Of a DNA stretch of 24,000 nucleotides, positions 17,592-24,000 are shown piece after piece; the stretch's first letter is position 1, and the number at the start of each line of letters is the position of its first letter. The notes under the pieces were generated by a model that saw nothing but the letters and a program-made list of their open reading frames with translations, did not search any database and was not told the DNA's origin. The position numbers and the translations under genes were made by a program. The DNA is from Roseomonas nitratireducens (GTDB taxonomy: Bacteria; Pseudomonadota; Alphaproteobacteria; Acetobacterales; Acetobacteraceae): NCBI RefSeq assembly GCF_017813355.1, contig NZ_JAGIYZ010000006.1, forward strand, positions 1 to 24,000, written 5' to 3'.

Positions 17592-19172
17592 ATGGCCGAC
17601 CAGATCGCTGATTCCGTCCTCCGGCACGACCGGATCCTGATCCTCGACTTCGGCAGCCAGGTGACGCAGCTCATCGCGCGCCGCCTGCGCGAGTCCGGCG
17701 TCTATTGCGAGGTCTGGCCGTTCCACCACGCGCCGGAGGAACGCATCCGCGCCTTCGCGCCCAAGGGCATCATCTTCTCGGGCGGGCCGGCCTCGGTCAC
17801 CGAGGGCGCGAGCCCCCGCGCCCCGGACTGCGTGTTCGAGATGGGGCTGCCCATCCTCGGCATCTGCTACGGGCAGCAGACGCTGGCGCACCAGCTGGGC
17901 GGCACGGTGGAAGGCGGGCACGCGGCGGAATTCGGCCGCGCCTATGTGGAGGTGACGGGCGACTGCGCGATCACCCAAGGCGTCTGGGCGCCGGGCGCGC
18001 GCGAGCAGGTCTGGATGTCCCATGGCGACCGCATCACCGAACTGCCGCCGGGCTTCCGCGTGGTGGCGAGTTCCGAAGGCGCGCCCTTCGCGCTGATCGC
18101 CGACGACAAGCGCCACTACTACGGCACGATGTTCCATCCGGAGGTGGTGCACACCCCGCATGGCGCGGCGCTGCTGCGCAACTTCACCCACCTGGTCTGC
18201 GGCTGCACCGGCGACTGGACCATGGGCGCCTTCCGCGCCGAGATGATCGAGCGCATCCGCGCCCAGGTCGGCTCCGGCCGCGTGGTGTGCGGGCTTTCGG
18301 GCGGCGTCGATTCCTCGGTGGCGGCGGTGCTGATCCATGAGGCGATCGGCGACCAGCTGACCTGCATCTATGTGGACCACGGGCTGATGCGCGCGAACGA
18401 GAGCGCGCAGGTCGTCGCCACCTTCCGCGACCGCTTCAACATCAAGCTGGTGCACCGCGACGCGTCCGACCTGTTCCTCGGCCAGCTGTCCGGCGTCACG
18501 GACCCCGAGGTGAAGCGCAAGACGATCGGGCGGCTGTTCATCGAGGTGTTCGAGGAGGAGCAGAACAAGATCGGCGGCGCCGACTTCCTGGCGCAGGGTA
18601 CGCTCTACCCCGACGTGATCGAGAGCGTGTCGGCCACCGGCGGGCCTTCGGTGACGATCAAGTCGCACCACAATGTCGGCGGCCTGCCCGAAGGCATGCG
18701 GATGAAGCTGGTCGAGCCGCTGCGCGACCTGTTCAAGGACGAGGTGCGCGAACTGGGTCGCGAACTCGGCATCCCCGAGGAGATCGTCGGCCGCCATCCC
18801 TTCCCGGGGCCGGGGCTGGCCATCCGCATCCCCGGCGAGGTGACGCGTGAGAAGGCGGATGTGCTGCGGCGCGTGGACACGATCTTCCTCGAGGAGATCC
18901 GCGCCGCGGGGCTGTACGACGCGATCTGGCAGGCCTTCGCGGTGCTGCTGCCGGTCCGCACGGTGGGCGTGATGGGCGATGGCCGCACCTACGACCAGGC
19001 CTGCGCGCTGCGCGCCGTGACCTCGACCGACGGCATGACGGCCGATGTCTATCCCTTCACGATGGAATTCCTAACGCGCGTGGCGAACCGCATCGTGAAC
19101 GAGGTCCGCGGCATCAACCGCGTGACCTACGACATCACGAGCAAGCCGCCGGGGACGATCGAGTGGGAATAA
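17592..19172 (+). CDS. guaA: GMP synthase (glutamine-hydrolysing)
   Basis: [20 protein letters not shown], the GATase GICYGQQ motif, the ATP-PPase SGGVDSSV motif, and the C-terminus KPPGTIEWE*. The start is ATG 17592 or 17577, both in frame. Confidence 0.95.
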   Translation: MADQIADSVLRHDRILILDFGSQVTQLIARRLRESGVYCEVWPFHHAPEERIRAFAPKGIIFSGGPASVTEGASPRAPDCVFEMGLPILGICYGQQTLAHQLGGTVEGGHAAEFGRAYVEVTGDCAITQGVWAPGAREQVWMSHGDRITELPPGFRVVASSEGAPFALIADDKRHYYGTMFHPEVVHTPHGAALLRNFTHLVCGCTGDWTMGAFRAEMIERIRAQVGSGRVVCGLSGGVDSSVAAVLIHEAIGDQLTCIYVDHGLMRANESAQVVATFRDRFNIKLVHRDASDLFLGQLSGVTDPEVKRKTIGRLFIEVFEEEQNKIGGADFLAQGTLYPDVIESVSATGGPSVTIKSHHNVGGLPEGMRMKLVEPLRDLFKDEVRELGRELGIPEEIVGRHPFPGPGLAIRIPGEVTREKADVLRRVDTIFLEEIRAAGLYDAIWQAFAVLLPVRTVGVMGDGRTYDQACALRAVTSTDGMTADVYPFTMEFLTRVANRIVNEVRGINRVTYDITSKPPGTIEWE

Positions 19173-19200
19173 TTTGTGCCCATCCGAGGGTATCCGAAAC

Positions 19201-19270
19201 TACGCCGGAATACGCTCTAATACACTGAAAAACAAAAATAAATGAGCCAAGGTCTATCGAGGTCTATCGG
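19201..19270 (+). repeat. Short phased and tandem direct repeats in the att-proximal A/T-rich region
   Basis: TACGCcggaa TACGCtctaa TACACtgaaa (19201-19230) has a 10-bp period. The tandem pair GGTCTATCGA / GGTCTATCGG lies at 19251-19270. Confidence 0.6.
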
Positions 19271-19335
19271 TGGGCATAGAACGCGTCTGTCGGGTCTGGT
19301 GACGGACCCGCCCCCCGTTGATCATCCGGAAAATC

Positions 19336-19380
19336 GAAAGTACCGTCAGAGCGACCGAGGCCAATGACGGTACTTTTTTC
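19336..19380 (+). terminator. Canonical rho-independent-type terminator hairpin with T-tract
   Basis: AAAGTACCGTCA (19337-19348), a 16-nt loop, TGACGGTACTTT (19365-19376), followed by TTTC. The stem is a perfect 12 bp. The structure is unusual for this genome because it is A/T-containing and U-tailed. Confidence 0.6.
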
Positions 19381-19466
19381 AGCCTTACACGCTGAAATTA
19401 AACAGATTTCTCCGCCTGCAGCCTCCAAAAACCGCGTGACGGTCCTTTTTCCGCGAGGAGGCCCAA

Positions 19467-20723
19467 ATGTTGACGGACGCAGCACTCAAGTGCCTGAAAC
19501 CAAAAGCCAAAATGTACAAGGTGACCGATCGTGACGGCATGTATGTGCGCGTCGCGCCGACAGGCGGCATCTCGTTCAGGCTCGACTACCGGCTGAACGG
19601 CAGGCGGGAGACCGTCCATCTCGGCAAGTATGCCCGAGATGGGATCTCACTCGCCCGGGCGCGCGAGCTGTGCCTGGACGCGAAACGGATGATCGCCGAG
19701 GGGCGGTCCCCCGCCATAGAGAAGCAGCGGGAGAAGCGCCGGATCAAGGAGGCTAAGAGCTTCGGCGAGTTCGGCGAGAAGTGGCTGACGGGCGCCCCGA
19801 TGGCCGACAGCACACGAGCCATGCGCCGCGCGATCTTCGAGCGTGAACTCAAGCCCGTCTGGCGAAACCGTTTGCTGACCGAGATCACGCCTGACGACCT
19901 GCGCGCCCACTGCGCCAAGATCGTCGAACGGGGCGCGCCGGCGACGGCCATCCATGTGCGGGATATCCTGAAGCAGATCTACGCCTTCGCAATTCTCCAC
20001 GGCGAAAAGGTCGCGAACCCGGCCGATGACGTTGGTCCTGCCTCGATCGCCACCTTTACGCCGAAGGATAGGGCGCTGTCGCCGACCGAGATCCGCATCA
20101 TGCTCAAGCAGCTCGAGCATGTCGCGACGCTGCCGACGATCCGTCTCGGCATGAAGCTCTACCTCCTCACCATGGTCCGGAAGAGCGAATTGCAGGACGC
20201 GGTCTGGGATGAGGTGGATTTCGAGAACGCCGTCTGGACGATCCCGAAGGAGCGCATGAAGCGGTCGAAGCCGCACAATGTCTACCTGTGCCGGCAGACC
20301 CTCGACATCATGATTGCGCTCAAGACCTGCGCCGGCAATTCAAGGTATCTGCTGCCGTCCCGCTACGATGCGGATGCGCCGATGTCGCGGGCGACCTTCA
20401 ACCGGGTCACCTACGCTGTCGTCGAACAGGCCAAGAAGGAGGGGCTGCCACTGGAGCCTTTCACCGTGCATGACCTGCGCCGCACGGGCTCGACGCTGCT
20501 CAATGAGCTGGGCTTCAACCGCGACTGGATCGAAAAGTGCCTGGCGCACGAGGACGGGCGTTCATCACGCGGCGTCTACAACAAGGCTGAATATGAGGTT
20601 CAGCGTCGCCACATGATGCAGGAATGGGCTGACACCGTCGATGCCTGGGTCGAGGGCCGGAAGTATGTTCCGACGCTGCTGCCGACAGCCATGCCGTCTA
20701 TCGCGCTTGATCCTGCCCTTTGA
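19467..20723 (+). CDS. int: Tyrosine recombinase / phage P4-type integrase with N-terminal arm-binding (DUF4102) domain
   Basis: GAGGAGG lies upstream. LTDAALKCLKPKAKMYKVTDRDGMYVRVAPTGGISFRLDYR is the arm-binding domain. HDLRRTGSTLL..LAH..RGVYNKAEY carries the catalytic R, H-x-x-R and Y. Confidence 0.95.
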   Translation: MLTDAALKCLKPKAKMYKVTDRDGMYVRVAPTGGISFRLDYRLNGRRETVHLGKYARDGISLARARELCLDAKRMIAEGRSPAIEKQREKRRIKEAKSFGEFGEKWLTGAPMADSTRAMRRAIFERELKPVWRNRLLTEITPDDLRAHCAKIVERGAPATAIHVRDILKQIYAFAILHGEKVANPADDVGPASIATFTPKDRALSPTEIRIMLKQLEHVATLPTIRLGMKLYLLTMVRKSELQDAVWDEVDFENAVWTIPKERMKRSKPHNVYLCRQTLDIMIALKTCAGNSRYLLPSRYDADAPMSRATFNRVTYAVVEQAKKEGLPLEPFTVHDLRRTGSTLLNELGFNRDWIEKCLAHEDGRSSRGVYNKAEYEVQRRHMMQEWADTVDAWVEGRKYVPTLLPTAMPSIALDPAL

Positions 20724-20973
20724 CCGGGCGGGACTTGCGCTTGGTGACGTCGGGATGCTGTGCGCGAGGGATTGGCTTCGCGCGCCGCGCCAGCAACCAA
20801 GCGTGGACCTCGGCGAGGTCCCAGACGATGCAGCGCGGCGACAGCGCGAAGCGGCGTGGGAATTCGCCGCGCTGCTCCATCTCGTAGATTGTGCTGTCGG
20901 CTAGGGGCACCATCTCGCGCAGTTGGTGCCGCCGGATTGTCTTCCTGATCTCCAAAGGCTCGCGGTGACCCAT
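20698..20973 (-). CDS. AlpA/Xis-family helix-turn-helix protein (putative excisionase/regulator)
   Basis: The ATG at 20973 is preceded by TAAGGAG with a 7-nt spacer. LREMVPLADSTIYEMEQRGEFPRRFALSPRCIVWDLAEVHAWL matches the AlpA pattern. The track's 151-aa form was rejected. Confidence 0.85.
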   Translation of the reverse strand: MGHREPLEIRKTIRRHQLREMVPLADSTIYEMEQRGEFPRRFALSPRCIVWDLAEVHAWLLARRAKPIPRAQHPDVTKRKSRPVKGQDQAR

Positions 20974-21354
20974 ACCCAATCTCCTTAGCGGCTGTCGCTG
21001 GCGATTGAGAACGATAGGTGCCGATGCCGGAAGTCCCTCCCGAGTGGCGTGCGGCAATTTCGGGCTCTGGCGTAGAAAACGGCGGGTCATTTTCAGTCCT
21101 GACAGCGCGGCCGGACATCCGTCAGCCCACAGAATCTGCACGACTCGCCGCACGCGTTCCGCGCCGTAATTGCGCTGTTCAGATCACGCACCATTTACTG
21201 CTTTCACCGGCGAGATGCGATCCAGAAGTCCGCTAGCGACGTAGCAACAGTCGAATGTGTGACACCTAAGGATTTCGTGGGCGGCGGTAGCGAGGAGACG
21301 GAGAAGACCCATAATCTGATCGGAACAGTTCTCGGGGGCTGACGGGGCTACGTT

Positions 21355-21370
21355 TGCAAAGACCTTTGCA
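21355..21370. promoter_or_regulatory. Palindrome TGCAAAG-AC-CTTTGCA, candidate LysR operator
   Basis: Perfect 7-bp inverted arms end 16 nt upstream of the lysR GTG start at 21386. The palindrome is embedded in cgTTTGCAAAGACCTTTGCAtc. Confidence 0.4.
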
Positions 21371-21385
21371 TCATGGGGAACCATC

Positions 21386-22384
21386 GTGCCGAGATCGAAG
21401 ATCGAGCTACGCCATGTGCGTTACATCATCGCTGCTGCGGAAAGCGGCAGCTTCCGGCGTGCGGCGCAAGATCTCGGCGTCGAGCAGTCGGCGATCAGCC
21501 GCCGCATCCGGGATGTCGAGGATGAGATCGGCGCACAGCTGTTCCGCCGTCATACTGCCGGCGTCGACCTGACAGACATCGGCAAACAATTTCTGAATCA
21601 GGCCGCCCCTGGGGCGCGCCAGATCGGATCGGCGCTCTACGGCGCAAGAACGGTGGCGAACAGAGGACGGCATCTTCGGATCGGCGTGTTCGGGCCTCTG
21701 ACCATGGGCTTTCTGTCTGAGCTCTTCGGGGCCTTTCGGGGTGACCGCCCGGGGGTCAAGCTGCGGTTCAGCGAGGGCAGCTGTCCCGAACTCATCGCGG
21801 CCGTGCGGCGAGGGCAGCTTGATGTCGGTGTCGTCGCCGAAGCATCGCCCGGGAAGGGCTTTGACGTGACGCATTTGTGGGCTGAGCCCGTGTACGTGGC
21901 ATTGCCGGACGGCGACCCACTCGCCGATCAGAAGGCGCTCCGGTGGAATGACCTGCGTGATCGGCACTTTGTGGTGACTGATTTACCGACCGGCGATTTC
22001 GCGAAGGGTTACCTGATGCGAAACCTCCAGACTTCGACCGGAGACCTCCAGATCGAGCAATTGTCCGTCACTCGGGAATCTCTGATGCAGATCGTCGCGC
22101 ATGGGGACGGCGTCACCATCGCAGGCAGCGCGCATGTCCGTCACGGACTGCCAGGCATTGCTTTTCGCCGGATCGAGGATGCTGTTCTTCGCTATGGTGC
22201 TGTCCACCCGCGAGGGGAGCTCCATCGGAACCTCGAGCGCCTGCTGGCGCTGGCAAAGTCTTTCTCGGAGCGAGATGACGCTTGGTTCGCCCGGCAACGG
22301 CTCATGCGCCCTGAGCATCGGCGCGTGCCGCACGTTGACTCCCATCGCGGCGCGCGCGGGCGAACCCCCGATCGGTTGCAATGA
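21386..22384 (+). CDS. LysR-family transcriptional regulator (ICE-borne)
   Basis: LRHVRYIIAAAESGSFRRAAQDLGVEQSAISRRIRDVEDEIGAQLFRR is the N-terminal winged HTH. A periplasmic-binding-like effector domain follows. The start is GTG. The last ~28 codons overlap the convergent DUF2274 gene, so the functional C-terminus may be shorter in related copies. Confidence 0.88.
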   Translation: MPRSKIELRHVRYIIAAAESGSFRRAAQDLGVEQSAISRRIRDVEDEIGAQLFRRHTAGVDLTDIGKQFLNQAAPGARQIGSALYGARTVANRGRHLRIGVFGPLTMGFLSELFGAFRGDRPGVKLRFSEGSCPELIAAVRRGQLDVGVVAEASPGKGFDVTHLWAEPVYVALPDGDPLADQKALRWNDLRDRHFVVTDLPTGDFAKGYLMRNLQTSTGDLQIEQLSVTRESLMQIVAHGDGVTIAGSAHVRHGLPGIAFRRIEDAVLRYGAVHPRGELHRNLERLLALAKSFSERDDAWFARQRLMRPEHRRVPHVDSHRGARGRTPDRLQ

Positions 22385-22556
22385 AGCGCTCGAGCATGGG
22401 CACGATCAGCTTGGTCGGGTCGCCGATGGTCTGGCCTTGTTCGCGGCCGAGTGCTGCGGCGTAGGCGACAAGGTCGCGATGCAGTGGCGCAGGGAGTTCA
22501 ATCGTCACCTTCACCGGCTTGTCGTCGATGATCGGGCCGAGCTTCAGCTTGGTCAT
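22302..22556 (-). CDS. DUF2274-family protein (conserved tail gene of trb-type T4SS operons)
   Basis: MTKLKLGPIIDDKPVKVTIELPAPLHRDLVAYAAALG.. is present. The ATG at 22556 overlaps the trbI stop (TGATG). Confidence 0.8.
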   Translation of the reverse strand: MTKLKLGPIIDDKPVKVTIELPAPLHRDLVAYAAALGREQGQTIGDPTKLIVPMLERFIATDRGFARARRDGSQRAARADAQGA

Positions 22557-23755
22557 CACAACCCTCCATAAGGTTCGAGCACGAGGTCGCGGGTGACGAT
22601 GACGCGCACAGGGAACCCCGGTCTGATCGTCAGGGTTGGCGCGACATTGAGTTGCCGACGGATGATTTGCTGGCCTGCGTCGTTGATGGTGTCCTGCCCG
22701 CCGTTGCGGATCGCCCGGAGCAGCCGATCCTGATCGTCAACGGCGAGTTCGGCGCCGACTGACAGCAGTGTCGACAGGCCGGCAGCCTTGGCGAGATCCC
22801 ACCAATGATAGTCGACGCCATCCTGAAGACCCGCATAGCCTTGCGCGTCGGCTCCGGGTTGACGTTCCAGGACAATCGAACGGCCGTTCGGCAGAATGAG
22901 CCGCTTCCAGACCAGCAGCACCCGGCGCTGACCGAAGCCGACGTCGTTGCTGTACTCGCCGATGAGCCGCGTGCCCTGCGGGACGAGCAGGATGCGCCCG
23001 GTGGGGCTGTCGTAGACATGCTCCGTGACTTGCGCGGTGATCTGGCCCGGAAGGTCGGATCGGATGCCGGTGATGAGGGCCGCGGCGATGACGGCGCCAG
23101 TCTGAAGCACATAGGGCGATGCCGGAGCCATCACGCGATCGGGCGAGACGGTGCGGCGGTCCACGCCCGCATTCAGGAATGCGAGCTGGCGATCCTGCGC
23201 CGTTGGTGCGCTTGGCTGGCCCGGAAGGCCCAGACCGGCGAGGCTCGGGCTGCCCGGTCCGCCAGCTGTCGCAATCGGAGCTGCGGCGCGCGCCTCCGTC
23301 TGGAAGAAGACGCGGCTCGTTCGGGCAGCTTCTTCTTCCGCGCGCCTGCGCTGCTCAACCGGATCGACGGCGGGCGCTGCCGCCATCGGCGGCGTGACGG
23401 GCTGGCCACGATTCTGCGCATCGAGGATGGGGCGCCCCAGATCCCCAGGAAGCGGAGGCCCAAGCACCGGACCGGTATAATCGCGTGGCAGGCCGGCGAG
23501 CCCGTCCGCGGTTCGCCGGTTCTGCGTGGAGTAAAGCTCCTCACTGCCATGGCCAATACTGCGCGTCTGAAGCGCATAGATGAGCGCGCCACCGACCCCA
23601 AGGGCGGCGACGAGACTGATACCGCCCAGCACCTTTCTCGACAGTCGGGTGACCCGGGGCGGTTCGGCGCGCAGCCGCATTGGCGCAGCGGCGTCGCCGG
23701 GCTGTGTGCCGACCAGCGGTGCGTTGGTTTCGTTGGACGCGTCGCGCTCGCTCAT
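22556..23755 (-). CDS. trbI: Conjugal transfer protein TrbI (VirB10 family)
   Basis: The N-terminal transmembrane segment is LGGISLVAALGVGGALIYAL, followed by a Pro-rich linker. The C-terminal VirB10 domain reads LPGQITAQVTEHVYDS.TG..LLVPQGTRLIGEY...VLLVW.RLILPNG. Confidence 0.92.
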   Translation of the reverse strand: MSERDASNETNAPLVGTQPGDAAAPMRLRAEPPRVTRLSRKVLGGISLVAALGVGGALIYALQTRSIGHGSEELYSTQNRRTADGLAGLPRDYTGPVLGPPLPGDLGRPILDAQNRGQPVTPPMAAAPAVDPVEQRRRAEEEAARTSRVFFQTEARAAAPIATAGGPGSPSLAGLGLPGQPSAPTAQDRQLAFLNAGVDRRTVSPDRVMAPASPYVLQTGAVIAAALITGIRSDLPGQITAQVTEHVYDSPTGRILLVPQGTRLIGEYSNDVGFGQRRVLLVWKRLILPNGRSIVLERQPGADAQGYAGLQDGVDYHWWDLAKAAGLSTLLSVGAELAVDDQDRLLRAIRNGGQDTINDAGQQIIRRQLNVAPTLTIRPGFPVRVIVTRDLVLEPYGGL

Positions 23756-24000
23756 GACGCGGGCCTCCCATCGGTGCGAACGATCCGGACCGTCTGCTGG
23801 CGCTCGCCACTGCCGAGACGGAGCTCGGCGGCGCCGAACATGCGGTCGACGATCAGGATGTTCTGGTGGATCCGGCTGTTGGCGATCTGCGGTTCGCCAT
23901 CTGCGCCGATGACGAAGAGCGGCGGCATCTCACCCTGAACGATCCCACGCGGGAACTCGACATAGACGCGGCGCCCGTCGTCGTAGACCGAGATTGGCCG
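23752..24000 (-). CDS. trbG: Conjugal transfer protein TrbG (VirB9 family), C-terminal part; 5' end off-window
   Basis: My own translation gives ..RPISVYDDGRRVYVEFPRGIVQGEMPPLFVIGADGEPQIANSRIHQNILIVDRMFGAAELRLGSGERQQTVRIVRTDGRPAS*. The stop overlaps the trbI ATG (ATGA). The gene is absent from the ORF track because there is no start codon in the window. Confidence 0.85.
   Translation of the reverse strand, partial: RPISVYDDGRRVYVEFPRGIVQGEMPPLFVIGADGEPQIANSRIHQNILIVDRMFGAAELRLGSGERQQTVRIVRTDGRPAS

Larger units (their letters stand above)
19173..24000. mobile_element. Left end of an integrative conjugative element (ICE) inserted at the 3' end of guaA; continues off-window
   Basis: Composition changes abruptly right after the guaA stop. 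By hand count, 19181-19260 is about 43% G+C. A P4-type integrase, an AlpA-like Xis/regulator and the trbG-trbI-DUF2274 T4SS tail follow. Confidence 0.85.

Noticed and set aside
19264-19485. 73-aa minus-strand ORF in the att-proximal region.
   Set aside because: It overlaps the terminator hairpin and the integrase start and RBS. It has no ribosome-binding site and no recognisable motifs, and the region is better explained as regulatory or att DNA.
20974-21153. Long (151-aa) form of the AlpA-like ORF.
   Set aside because: The extra N-terminal 60 residues are Arg-rich with no homology pattern. A near-consensus TAAGGAG site sits 7 nt before the internal ATG at 20973, which gives a typical ~90-aa AlpA protein.
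21184-21384. 66-aa minus-strand ORF divergent from lysR, considered as the regulator's target.
   Set aside because: Third-position G/C is low, roughly 57% by hand count over the distal 42 codons. It has no Shine-Dalgarno and no recognisable domain. It is left as non-coding pending transcript data.

Overview
High-G+C proteobacterial chromosome segment. A perfect CtrA box, the ppx-rlmE-guaB synteny and a DUF6481-like gene suggest an alphaproteobacterium; this is an inference. The window has four parts. (1) 2-5093 is a same-strand cluster of seven exported proteins. It holds an outer-membrane beta-barrel, a 331-aa protein with four ~30-aa Q/N/G/A repeats, a 110-aa protein with a single copy of that repeat, a lipoprotein C39 cysteine peptidase, two unrecognisable secreted proteins and a lipoprotein. 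I read it as a Fap/curli-like secreted repeat-fibre (functional-amyloid-type) system with an unusual gene order, and it is the most interesting thing here. (2) 5334-8776 and 10442-19172 are housekeeping genes: cold-shock protein, tRNA-Gln(CUG), Ppx/GppA phosphatase, rlmE, guaB, haloacid dehalogenase, RsmB-type methyltransferase, GNAT, BASS-type transporter, AraC regulator and guaA. (3) 8783-10165 is a two-gene minus-strand islet (FkbM methyltransferase plus a leaderless C39-like cysteine peptidase) lying between rlmE and guaB. (4) From 19173 to the window end is the left end of an integrative conjugative element inserted directly after guaA. It carries a tyrosine integrase, an AlpA-like excisionase/regulator, a LysR regulator, DUF2274, trbI and a partial trbG. 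Most long ORFs in the six-frame track that overlap these genes are high-GC artefacts. All family assignments come from motif recognition by eye; no searches were run.
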